Assembly: GCA_964234715.1 (NCBI GenBank)
Contig: OZ174278.1
Direction: 5' to 3' (one strand)
Source of the DNA: Podarcis melisellensis
Lineage: Eukaryota
Length of the DNA: 64,000 nt
The translations under genes and the position numbers were made by a program. Below the pieces are notes generated by a model. The model was not told the DNA's origin. It saw nothing but the letters and a program-made list of their open reading frames with translations, and made no database searches. Shown in pieces: positions 25,423 to 37,206 of this stretch (position 1 is the stretch's first letter; every line of letters begins with the position of its first letter).

Positions 25423-26068
25423 GGCTGCATACACACTATGCCTTTAAAGCACATTCAAAGGGCATTTCCCCCCTCAAAGAATTCTGGGTTCTGTAGTTTG
25501 CTATGGGTTACTTTGAATTTCAACTGAGAGAGGTAAACTACAGCGTCCAGAATTCTTTGAAGGTAACAAACTGTGGAAGATTGGCAGATGAAGATGATGG
25601 ATTTTTTGAAACTAGCCGACCTGACTGGAAGAGTCTGCAACCAGAAGGAGGGGGATTACCAGGAGGAATTGATGAAATTTAAAGACCATTTAGTTAAATA
25701 TATTAAGTTAAATTAATTGGAAAAGATTGCAAATACCAGATAGGCTTAGGATCTAAATATGTAATGTGATAAATTAATATGTTGAAATGCTGAATCGGAA
25801 TGAAAGAAAGATGCTAAGTGATTAAGTTAATTTTATGAGAATATTGGTTTTGGAAAACTGTTAAAATGATATACACTGAAATTCAACCAGGGGGATACGA
25901 GGAAGTCATTTAACAATGTCAATAAGATTGGTTTAAATAAGGTTATGATTTATGTTTGTTTGTTTATTTGTTTAAAAAATTCTGGAAAATCAGTAATTTA
26001 ATTTTTTTTTAAAAAAAGAAGGGAACAAATGTGCTTCGAACATGCTTTAAAGGCATAGTGTGTATGCA
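25423..26068. mobile_element. MITE (Harbinger-like ends) interrupted by a LINE fragment
   Basis: Perfect 26-bp inverted repeat tgcatacacactatgcctttaaagca at 25426-25451 and 26043-26068. The superfamily is a guess. Confidence 0.7.
25576..26017 (+). mobile_element. 5'-truncated L1-like LINE 3' end
   Basis: Reads WQMKMMDFLKLADLTGRVCNQKEGDYQEELMKFKDHLVKYIKLN-stop, then an AT-rich 3' UTR and A-rich end. Imperfect TSD gaagg(t/g)aacaaa(c)tgtg. Confidence 0.65.
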
Positions 26069-27310
26069 ATTTACCTAACTTAGCAAAACAGTCCCTATAT
26101 TAGGGGAAAATTCATACTTTTGTTGTATATGCATTGTCAAAGCAACAGTCAGTGGCGGATCATAAAATCTCTGTCCCACCACCATGAAACTTCCCCCTGA
26201 TGTCCATGGGAATTCTATGCAGGAAGTGAATGCAAAGAATGGAACAGATATATGTCCTGAAGGAAAACAAGTAATAAATATTTATTGCATGAGGTCATAG
26301 GCGAGAACTGTTTTGTTTAAGTGGCTTGTGCTGTGAGCTAAAAGGGCACACAGAGGTCAAGAAATGCTCTATAGGCTTTTACTTTCCAGTGCCACTTTTA
26401 AAAATAACAAATAAACTAAAATCACTAGGTTGCTCTGCCTTGCTCCCAACTCACAGACCACATCGTATTACTCCTTGCTCTTACTTCCTGCATTTTAAGG
26501 ACAGTTTTAAAACAGCGCTATGCCTTTGCTATCCTAATAAAGACACTATAATGCTACGAGAACCTGCTTGGAGTGAGCTCTTTCTCCAAGGTTAAAATTA
26601 AACTCTTCTCTGTCGCAAAATTAATGCAAAGTGTGTTGTCTCCTTAAAGAAAAATATAAACACAATTCCTCCTAACTTTTAATACATCATTAAATAGTTA
26701 ATCATGCAGATTTTCTTCTGATTGAATTAACTTCCTTGTAAAAGTCCATGTGATGAACCATCATCAGTCAAGTATCTATCTTTCAGTTTAGCCCACACTA
26801 GAAACGAGGACTGCAGCCTGTTATCATTGCTCCTGCGCAAGTGCACTGGCCAGCCATGTCTTCATTCTGGATACTCCATTCTATACCCCCCACAGTCATC
26901 TGGTCCTCCCTGCACCCCACAACAGACACTCCATATTCTGTGGCCATTGGGGTTTTCTTCTTTTTTGTGAGAAGGGTCCCCTTAAGTTATTTAAAATCTA
27001 CTTTTGCAAATCTTGTTGTTCACCAGAAGGAGCTGGTAAGCTCCCTCTTGTTTTTCAGTAGCCCTATTTTGACTGCACTGCCTTCAGAACTCAGCACCTG
27101 AGACCAAGTCTTGGGGAATGGTCATTCAAGCCCTATTATTAGGGCTTGAATGACCCTAATAATAGGGTCAGGGCGGTTCACAGAATAAAATCACGATATA
27201 AAACCATAAAATACTTAATAAAAATAAAAACAACCCAATAGCCCCTCAACACACAAAAAAACCCACATTTTAAAAGGGCATAGGATATAAATTGTATCAA
27301 CCAAACTTAC

Positions 27311-27479
27311 TCTAAGGCCTGCCAAATAGCGTTCCAGCTTCTTATTAAGCAGGATGTAGATGGCCAAAGTGTGGCAAGCCCGGTTGGAGAGGACGGTATT
27401 GATGACATCACTGTTCTTATAGCCAAGCTTTTCAGTCATGTAGAGCAGCACACTCTGGCTGATGTCTTCTATGTGGATT
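27311..27479 (-). CDS. HUNK: HUNK coding exon (exon 7 equivalent), UBA-like/SNF1-homology region
   Basis: 169 nt; ttcatgtag|AATCC...CTTAGA|gtaagt; IHIEDISQSVLLYMTEKLGYKNSDVINTVLSNRACHTLAIYILLNKKLERYLAGLR. Confidence 0.95.
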
Positions 27480-28432
27480 CTACATGAAGAGAAAAGGGAA
27501 GGGGTTATTTCCCCCCTCCATCTTCCAGGGAGAGCGTCACCAGGGAGAGGTGACAACAGACATGCTATATAAACCTTAATGGCCACCATGTAACAAGAAC
27601 TATATACTGTTTTAACCAAACTGATGATAACAAAGTTGTTGAGACAAAATACTTTTTGTTAGTTTTAGATTCTGCACACACTTTGTTAAAATAATGTGCA
27701 TATAAAATAGCGCAACACAAATAAATAAATAAATAAATACTTATATGCAACTATTTTGAGGGGAAATGTTTCTGTAGCTTGCATCTTCCCCTCATATTTT
27801 TCTGCTGTGCCTTCTCATTGCTTCAGAATACCCGCAAGACCAATAAAGGTGCTAAACAGTAAGCATAAGCACTATATATAATGTTTAGTGCCCTAGAAAT
27901 AGCACATCAAGAATGACAGCCTCCCTGGGAACCTATATTTGATTTGCTATCACTTTGGGCCAAATTCAAAGTGATGTTAAATGTTCCTTTGCATTTAACA
28001 CGCATGTGGGTGTTTGTTTGTTTTGTTTAAATGCAAATAGCACCCACTGTGGAAGCTGGTAATTATAAGGATCACAGCAGATGGAGTGGGGTTTAATCCT
28101 TTCCTTCCTCTGCTCCAGCCCCGATGAAGATGGCTTCTCCAAAGCGGACATTTGCAAAGAGAAGGAAGGTCCCATTGGCACCACAAGACGTGGTGATACA
28201 CAGTGGTTTACATGGAACTATAAAAGGCAATTAGATCAATTCATGAAATATCAGTAATTACTAAATGGAACACCCTCGTACAAAGGCAGAGGACCTCTGG
28301 GTACCAGTTGCTAAAGGTCAAACATCATTGTTTGGAGATACCTAGAAGCATTTGACTGGCCGCTGTTGGAGACAAAGACAATGGACAGGAGGGAACTTCA
28401 GTCTGCAATCCTAAACACACTTGCCTAGGAGT

Positions 28433-28672
28433 CACTGGCGGAGGAAGGCGGAAGCGGGGGGTGGGGTGCGGTCCGCCCCGGGTGTCATCCTTGAGGGGAG
28501 GGGTGACATCACCCCCTGCCCCCGGGTGCACAGCATGTGCACTGCTCCAGGTGCCAGAGCAGCTGCTGGGAGTAAGCCCCACTGAAGTAAGCGCCCGCCT
28601 CTGCTGGGAGTAAGCCCCAATGAATTCAGAGGTGCTTATTTTTCAGTAGACATGGACTGGATTGTGCTGTTA
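28433..28672. mobile_element. GC-rich DNA-transposon remnant joined to a common palindromic squamate repeat
   Basis: CpG-rich block starting cactggcggagg, then duplicated gctgggagtaagcccca. The latter family recurs near 1545-1630, 10365-10430, 19450-19620 and 53555-53615. Confidence 0.5.
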
Positions 28673-30848
28673 AAATGATCAATAGGGCCCTTAGGTTATA
28701 ACGTTAGTTCAATGACTCATCTGCTTCACACATTTTGCCTGCCATTCAACATAACACACAAAAACAAACATACACACCCTGGCTAAGGACTGCTTGAAAA
28801 ATTTACAATTTTCTTACATGGAAAACAGTTCCACATTGGAAAAATGCTTGAAAACCAAGCTGGGCCAACACATTTGATTGGTACATATTCTGACTGCATT
28901 CGTGCTTACGCAATGAAATAGATTTATGCGTGATCATCATGGGTGACGATCTACATACACTATTCGCTTTTTCTTCCTAACTGCAAGAATGAATGAATCC
29001 ATTTATTTCAGTCACTGACCAGAGTGTAACATATACAACAACAGAGAGCATACAGACATAAATAGATAAAATTAAGCTTTATGATAATAGACAATAAATA
29101 ATTCAGATATAAAACAGGTAAAATATATGTCAAAACCTTAATCACTAATTTAAAACGTATTAAGTCATTGGCCATTTGATTCTCTCAAAGTTTGTGCAGC
29201 AGCAGCACAGAATTTAGCCACTTTTAAGGTAATCTCTGGTTCCCTTTCCTCTATTAAGTATTTTAAGTAATTCCTATCTGCAAGAGATATACTGTGTAGA
29301 AAACTCATAACATCTAAAGTGCCCCAGAGAACAGGCAGTGGAACAACAATGTTTCAACAATGATTTATTTCATCCTCTGATGCACCTACTAAAGCAGCCA
29401 TTTCTCTCTTGCAGTTTGCACACTTTGCGAACTTTTGTTGGTTAGAAGCAGCCAGCCCATGAATTTATTGGGTGGCCACAATAAGGCTTATATCCATCAC
29501 ATAAAATCTGCAGTAGATGCTTAGAAAGGTACCAGCCTCCTCTGCTGTATTAATATCCATCCATGTGTTACATAACCCTCATTACCATAGTAACTAGCAC
29601 CTCACAATGATTAAAGGTTTTTATCCTCACAAACCCCTTTTTGAGGTTGGGAAATATAATCCTCCGCACTACAGGGCTGGGACAAAGGCACTGGGGAAGC
29701 AATGCGACTTTGCGCAAGGTTTCACCAGAGATTTGGGGCTGATCCAGGAATTGGTCCTAGCAACCCTAAAACCATTGCAGAATACTAATCTTGTTCCCTG
29801 CTGCTGAGGAAATATCAGAGACTGAGAAGAATCAAAAGTGAGAGCTGGCATAGTAAAGCAAATAAGGGGCGAGAATTGAAAGCCAGACAGTAGCAGGCAG
29901 TGGGATGGTGTAATTAGGGCAGTGTTGCTCACCTGCCTTCCCATCACTGCTGGTTCCTGAGAGCAAAAGGAGGAGGGGAAGGGAGCCTGGATGGCAGAGC
30001 CAGTCTGATGCACCTGCCAACGCACCTGCAGTGCGCTGAGCTCCCCATGCACCACCCGTTTCAGGAACCTGCAGTGATGCTCACGATGAGATGGCAGGTG
30101 AGCAACATACCCCTGTCTGTGCTACCCTGCCAAACACTATTGGAGCCAGAGAGTCCTCAATCCAAATTTCCCTGCAGCTGCAGACATACTACATTGATGC
30201 AAAAGAACTCATGCTCAGCCTTTAACTTAGAATCTTAGCGTTGGAAGGGACCCAAGGGTCATCTCATCCAACCCCCTGAAATGCAGGAATCTCAGCTAAA
30301 GCATCCATGACAGATGGCTTAACCACTTAACCAGTATATAGTCCATTGTTTTGATTTCTTTTTCCTGCAAATGTTTTATGTTGCTGTTCCTCATCCAGAT
30401 CGAAGATACTCTTGTACCCAAGTATTTTTGTTCTGGGAGGGTGGTAATGGTAGAACGGCAGAATTTCAAAGTCATTCTTGGTCATGACTGGTGTTCTGGG
30501 AACTACAGTTCTTAGGGGCAAATAAAACTCATGTGCTTGCCATCATCGCAGTACACGTACCAACATTTCAAAACAAGAGAGATCTCTTGGACAACAGAGA
30601 CAAGCTTTTCTCGAAAATTCTCCAGGCTCATAAATGCCAACTAATTCAGAAGTGAGCCAAGGGGAATTCACCCATCATTAGGGCTTATGCTGAATTTTGC
30701 AGGATCAGAGTGTGAGAGATAACATTTGAAAACACACACACACACCTCCTCTGGCTCACTCAAGTAGCCCTTCCTCATTCAAGCAACCCTAATGACTTCA
30801 GTGGAACTTTATCATGTTGGTAAAACAGCCTTATCTTGCACAGTTTAC

Positions 30849-30978
30849 CTGTTTGGATACGTGACATTATTCAGAACTTTTCCATTCTCATTAAGCCAAC
30901 GATTCGCTAAGGCTTGTTGGATGTTTGGCCTCTTTGTAGGATCTGGCTCTAGCAGAGATCGTAGGAAGTTCACAGCCG
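30849..30978 (-). CDS. HUNK: HUNK coding exon (exon 6 equivalent), kinase subdomain XI and linker
   Basis: 130 nt; tctttacag|CGGCTG...AACAG|gtaaac; (A)AVNFLRSLLEPDPTKRPNIQQALANRWLNENGKVLNNVTYPN(R). Confidence 0.95.
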
Positions 30979-33900
30979 CTGTAAAGACATTAAGGAGAGA
31001 GAGAAAAAGTGTCACATGTTTTGCAAATCCTTTTTGTGGATGATTAATTACAAGAAAGCAACTTTACCAAAAACGTATCAGCTATTACCCCAAACATAAC
31101 ATGAATGGTATTCAGTATGAATTAGAAAAGCACATGGTTTCCAAATGGAGGACACACCACCTCTAGAAACCTGCAAATATGGGCTGTATCTTTTACAGAA
31201 ATGGTGTAAATAGCTCTAAGACTATAACATATGAAGCTACCTTAAACTGAGTTAAACCACTGGACTATATAGCCCAGTACTGTCTACTCTGACTGGCAGC
31301 ATCACTCCAGGGTCTCAGGCTTTCCTTATCACCAGAACCTTTTAACTGGAGATTGCAGGGTTGATCCTGGTAAACCGACATGCACTTTATACATGACAAA
31401 ATAAGCATTATGGAATCAAATCAGATGCGTCGTGAACAAACTGAGATCAGCTAAAGAAGTCCATTATAGTGATCACTTCAGTAGGTAAGACAGATATAAC
31501 AAAACGAATAATTAAACACACTTATGGATGCAACTCTGATGAATCTGGTTTCTAACTCCTATTGAAATAATGGCAGTTACTTCTGTGTGGTTTTATCAGC
31601 CTGATTTATGCCAAGAACAGCTCTTGTGTTTATACAAACTGCTCACACCATCAGTACATTGTCAGCTTTAAGCATGGTAATTTATTTCAAATGTTTTTAA
31701 ATTAAATGTGTGTTTATATATGCCTAAGCTTAAATCAAGAGTCTGACACTTTCTTCTGTGATTTAAAGGAGGGTCACAAAGCCCAATCTTAAAAGGGTCA
31801 TGTGCCTTTTTAAGTTAGGAGGCTTTTTTAAAAAAAGAAAAGAAAGATAAAAAACCAAGTTGGTATCTGAGCTACAGAGAGGCTCAGTAGTACAAAACCA
31901 AAGACTGTGATCTCTAAATCCAGTGGGATAAATCTTGCTCTCTGACTGTATAATTAAATGTGTGCGCCACAAGAAATTAATGAGGCTTTGCACTCAGCAT
32001 AATAACTAATTTCTGCTTTGCATGTCACTTGTACCAAAACAGCCGTCACATGCAACTGTATTGAGTGGCCCATCTGGTGCATTCTCTAGTGACTACAGGA
32101 AACATTTGGAGAGGGTGCCAAAATAATCTTGGATGAGTTCCACAACAAGTGCTTGGAAAACGTGACCACAGCAATACTCCCCCCCCCCTTTTGCTACAAA
32201 GAACATCGATCCAACTAAAAGTGCCAGGTTCCATGTATTTCTGCACCTCACGTGTAAAGAGAGCTGTTCACAAAGAAGATTCGCAGCAGCCTAAACAGTC
32301 TGTGATTTTTCCTTTACTAAAGAGAAGATAAGTTTGCCTTTAAAAGGCTACCACCTTCATTCAGCCACATTGTCATCCAACCTTCTCAGTACTATGCAAG
32401 GGCATTCCCTTAGCCATATTCACACCAGGCAATGATGTCATGCACTTTCCACATGAAGCCAGGAAAAGGAAATACATGCTCATGTTCCACAACAAATCAG
32501 GGTGCCAGGAAGAGGAAAAAATAAAAGGCTTGTCCAATAAATCAGGATTGGGTGGTATCTAGTCAGAGTAACAAGAGATTTTCACAACATATAATCTGAA
32601 CTAAACGTTTTGTAAGAATCTTACTTTTGCTGCACTGGGCCTGGAATTTAAGGCATTTATTATGTCAGAGATTTATACTCGGTAACCTGAAAATAATTTA
32701 TGTTGGCAGGGGTTTGGGGGGGCATAAAGAAGTGACTGTGTGTGATATGGGGGGGGGGGAGCAAGATCTTGATTCCTTTCTACCTGTAAGGCACCAAAGG
32801 GGAGAAGTCTGAAACTAGGATCTCCAGCAGCCAATACCAGTACTTCCTACATCACAAGCGCTCTTGATCTTCAGAAGGCCAGGATGTTTAGAGCAAGGAA
32901 AAGGGTGTCCTCTAGGCCCCATCTCCTGCTTGAAAAGAGCCAGGCAGACCAAGTGGGTCACACCATAAGGCCCGGCAGCCATGTCAGACCACCAGTTTGA
33001 GTGATTTGTCTTAAGCATGCCTATTCTGCCTACTCTCCTGCTTTGGTTTTTCATGACTGCCAGACTGTGACCCTTGTCTGCTGCTGACCTTGTGCCTGCT
33101 TCTACCCTCTCCACCCCTCTATTATTGCCTTGGAACTCACCTTTCTGTTTTGCTCTGGCTCAATACTTGCTTCTTGATCTTTGATCCATGTCCACTTGCC
33201 AGTGACCACCATGCCAATTTTCCCTGGCCTGTTGGTCCTCATATGCCTAATCTGGTGCCTGACCTCCTGTACCTAATGCCTTTATGCTCCTTGTCTACCC
33301 ATGTTCATATGGAACCACAGGTGCATCCTGTCCTGGAGCTATGAAGAAGACTGACAATCCCCTTCCTTCCTGTCGTAATAAATCCCAGCTTCCCTTCCCC
33401 TTATGATCTTTTTGACAGTGAAAGGGCAAGGTCTCCTCGCTACTTAAAGGGAGGGGGGGACTGAAAGAAACTGGATCCAGAGGATGCATGACAGGATATT
33501 TCTCTGGCAGCCTAAAGGCTACACACCTGCACAATCTTCAGACCTTACAGGATTTTAGGAGCTGGAAGAGAATGCAAAACACACCCATCTTGCATCAGAT
33601 GTGAAGTGCACATGAATGTGTTTTGAGCCACTCATATGCATTTTAAAGGTGCAACCACAAAAATATTCACATGAGATGCAGGGCCTATGTGTTCTGTACC
33701 AGTATCCTACTCAAGAAGGGAACTTTGTCATATAAGTAAGACTTAAAAATGTCCCACAAATCCCCACTGTGTGTGTGTGTTTTGTTTTTTTAGTTTAGTT
33801 TCAGATGTCACTTAGCTTCAGACGCTCAAGTTAACTGACCCAGAGCAAGGCAGGGAAGCGAAAGCTGGAAACACTTGTTCTATGCTAAACATACAACAGA

Positions 33901-34894
33901 TGTTCAGTCTACCTCTTGAAACCACTTTGGCAAAATACGGAGCCACTGTTCAGAACCAACTGAATGACTGGCATGCATTTATTAAGCTGCAAGTGTTTCA
34001 AGATGGAACCAAACAATCCAGGTCAGCCTCCTGTTTCGGTGTGCAAAATGGCCAAAGGTCACTTCCTACGTTATGAGTTTTCATTCAGGGGAGTTTTCAC
34101 TCCTGTGAGCAAAACTGTCATGCAGAAAGAAAAATCCATTGTTTTAGGCCCACTCACAAAGTAAGCCTATGTATGGATACAGATCCTGCCTATAATATGG
34201 GAGTGCAACTGCTGCCACATGCTTCATGTATGGAAAGTGGCCCTGACTTAGACCAGTTCTGTTTCTAAAAACACTGCAATAAATTACCCTTGCTCCACTC
34301 TGGCAAGTGACCGAGCAGCTAACAAGAAAATAAATCCAGAAATACAGGCCCCTCCTTTACAGATGCTTGCCTTGTTATGTGCAGGTTTTACCAAGACATA
34401 GCTTCCCAGGTATTTTCTTTGCTTCTTGCTCTAGCAGAAACAGAAAAACTGTACTGCTAGGGGTGGGAATGATGTGTCACTGAAAAATCCTGCTCTGACA
34501 TTGGTCCTTCCCACATGAACAATGCACTTGCAAGCATGAATCACAAACCCAGAGAACAGATGCACAGCCAACATCTGAGAAACTTTCTGAGCACATGCGC
34601 TCTTCATAAGAACCACTTCGAATTTCTCCAAGCTTGTGCAACACAGCAGAATAAAAGAACAACTTGCCGCTTAGCTGGGAGGCAAATCATCAGAAAAATC
34701 AAACTATTGTCAAAAAGTGGACACAAAAAGCAACCAGTGTGCCATAGATCAATCAGCTTTGGAAATGGAGCCCCGTGTATCTATGTCTTGGAAACTGTAC
34801 CATATTAAGTATCTCTCATTTTTTGCTGCAATTTATTACTATTGATCCATTTATTTTTTTAGATGTGTTTATTGGGGTTTACACATTTTAGGTA

Positions 34895-34925
<31 letters not shown>
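34895..34925. repeat. (TAGA)n tetranucleotide microsatellite
   Basis: About 7 ATAG units. Confidence 0.9.
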
Positions 34926-35582
34926 TACAAAAATAAAATACAGCAATAACAAAATAAATCACATGAAAGAGAGTTGACATCATGCCAGGAAAAACAAGAG
35001 AGAGGATACCAAGGAAGATCAAAGCATATCATCACGTATGTTATGAATTTCTATACCATAAACTCAGTTAAGAATATATCTATCAATTATTCCAAAACAA
35101 CACAACACTTAAGGGCAAGCAGAATACATTAAAGAAACAGAAATTGTAAACACAAAAATTTGTCATCTGAAAGGAGGCTAAAGAACTATAAATCATTTTC
35201 ATGAGAAGGCTTGCTGAAAAAAGAAAGTCTTAATTTGGCACCAGAAGCTCATTACAGATGATGCCAACTTGATTTCAGTAGGCAGAGAGGTCAGTAATTC
35301 CAGAGCCAATTTATGGTCTCTGCAGGGGCAACACCAGTACCAAAGGGTCTGTTTCTCTCTTCATTAAAATTTACTCCAATTTCTTTTAATGATCTTCGTT
35401 TCTTTTCTTCTAACTCATTCTTGTGTGCTTGACCTGTTCTATCTTCTTTATAAAAGCGTCTTTCCCCTATTTTTTTCTACTGCTATTTTATATTTTTAAC
35501 TACTAACTCTTTTCTGATGTTTACTCTTCTTAACCTGAGTATCTTGCTTTCGTTCCTTTTCTCAGCTTCATTCCTTCTCTTT

Positions 35583-35752
35583 CTAGAATCATAGAATTCT
35601 AGAACTGGAAGGTACCCAAAGAGTGATCTAGTCCAACCCCCTGAAATATAGGAATCATGCCCACAGCTGTCCTTGAGTGGGCTCGAACCACCAACCAACA
35701 GTGTGTTGGGCTGTTAACCAGAAGGTTGGTGGTTCGAGCCCACTCAAGGAGC
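35583..35752 (-). mobile_element. tRNA-Asn-like SINE with CR1-type tail and inverted head duplication
   Basis: Minus strand runs ggttggtggttcgagcccactcaagg...ggttggactagat...ttctatgattcta; an inverted head copy lies at 35700-35750. Confidence 0.75.
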
Positions 35753-36944
35753 CCACTGCACCACTGGAGGCATCCATTCTTAATTCTGCTGTCAGTTTGG
35801 TGTTTTCCTGCTTTCCTTTTGTTGCAACACTTCACTGGGTTCCATTTCCTTATTAGATCCAGTGTGAGCTACCATGTTTTGTTCTTCATACAATCACATA
35901 ATATGAAGTAACCTTAAAGCTCATCTAATCTAAGCCCTGTGCAACACAGGGAATTTACTGCTATGGCATCCTTGATAAGAGGTCTTTCATTCTCAGCTGT
36001 ATCATACCTAATGTGAAGATGGTGGTCCCAATAAGCAGAACAGCTCAGCAAGTGACTTATATCCTTGCACGGCATTTCTGTCCCATCAGATATCCCTGCT
36101 GGCAGCTTGCATCAGTGTAGAAAAGTACACAGTAGGACCTATCCATAAAATTAGCAGCTCTGCACATTATGGCTGGTGCATGGAACAGCTACCAAACAGA
36201 GGGAATTTCAAAAAGGCACACTGAGAGCATTCAGCCAACAAAAGCCAACACACGTGAGTCCAATATACAGCTCCCATTGATCCACCAGTCGGTTAGAGAT
36301 AGTGGTGAAGTCTTCACTGGTGATAGACATGCTAGTTGTTAGTCTTATTAAACTTATTAATTGCCTTACAAACTGTCTCAATGTGGCATGGAATAAAAAA
36401 TAGGATGCATCAGTACAAAAATCACATAAAATGTAAGGTTTAACACAAAATAAGAGCAGCCTGTACCAGTGATCACACCAATAAATGATAATACAGTAAA
36501 CACCACAGCTACCCCCTCTCCTAGCAACATGGCATGATCACAGGACCCAGGAAACACGAAAGCTTGCATATTGCCTCCTGCACTTACATGTGTTAAGGTG
36601 ATGATCAACAAGAAGTACTGTATAGGAAATTCTCATGTATATCATGAGCTAATGTGGTGGCCTCCAGATATTGTGGACTACGCCCTCTCATCATTCCTGA
36701 CTATTGGCCATTCCAGCTGGGCTGAAGACAGCTGTAGTTCAAAACATCTGAGACCACCACTTTGGCTAGCTCTGATCTAATGCAATTGTTCACAGGAGGA
36801 TCTAGCATAATTGCTGTCTGGGCTGCCTGTCTATAAGAAATGAGTTAGCAATGTCACTCAGCAGCCAAAGCCTCATTTTAATTTAGCTTCCATGTTTACC
36901 AAGTTTGTTATAAGACAAATAACATATCTGTAGTGTTAAAAACT

Positions 36945-37206
36945 CAGTGGTAGCTGATGCTCATTAGGACTGGTAGGGCAGCCAACAATAGATAGAGCCA
37001 ATGACAGGCAGAGCTGAGTAATTCTAGTTTTGTCCCACCATTCTCCTCCCTGCTGAATTCTACAAGGGCAACAATAAGACTAGAGGAGAGACCTTACCCC
37101 GGGACTTGCTGTTAAGTAAGAAGACAAGCAGGTGGGGGGTTGGCCGAGGGCAGACTGGGGTTGGTGTGGCAGCACCTCATTTGGTCTAATGGACCAGCCT
37201 CCACTG
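36945..37206. mobile_element. Decayed non-autonomous DNA transposon (hAT-like ends)
   Basis: Imperfect TIRs cagtggtagctgatgctcattag / ctaatggaccagcctccactg. Confidence 0.5.

Noticed and set aside
32830-33400. Possible LTR or DIRS remnant (pyrimidine-rich block)
   Set aside because: No termini, TSD or coding motif could be defined, so it is left unannotated.
35700-35752. Functional tRNA-Asn gene
   Set aside because: The 5' acceptor stem and D-arm are missing, and the sequence is attached to a SINE body.
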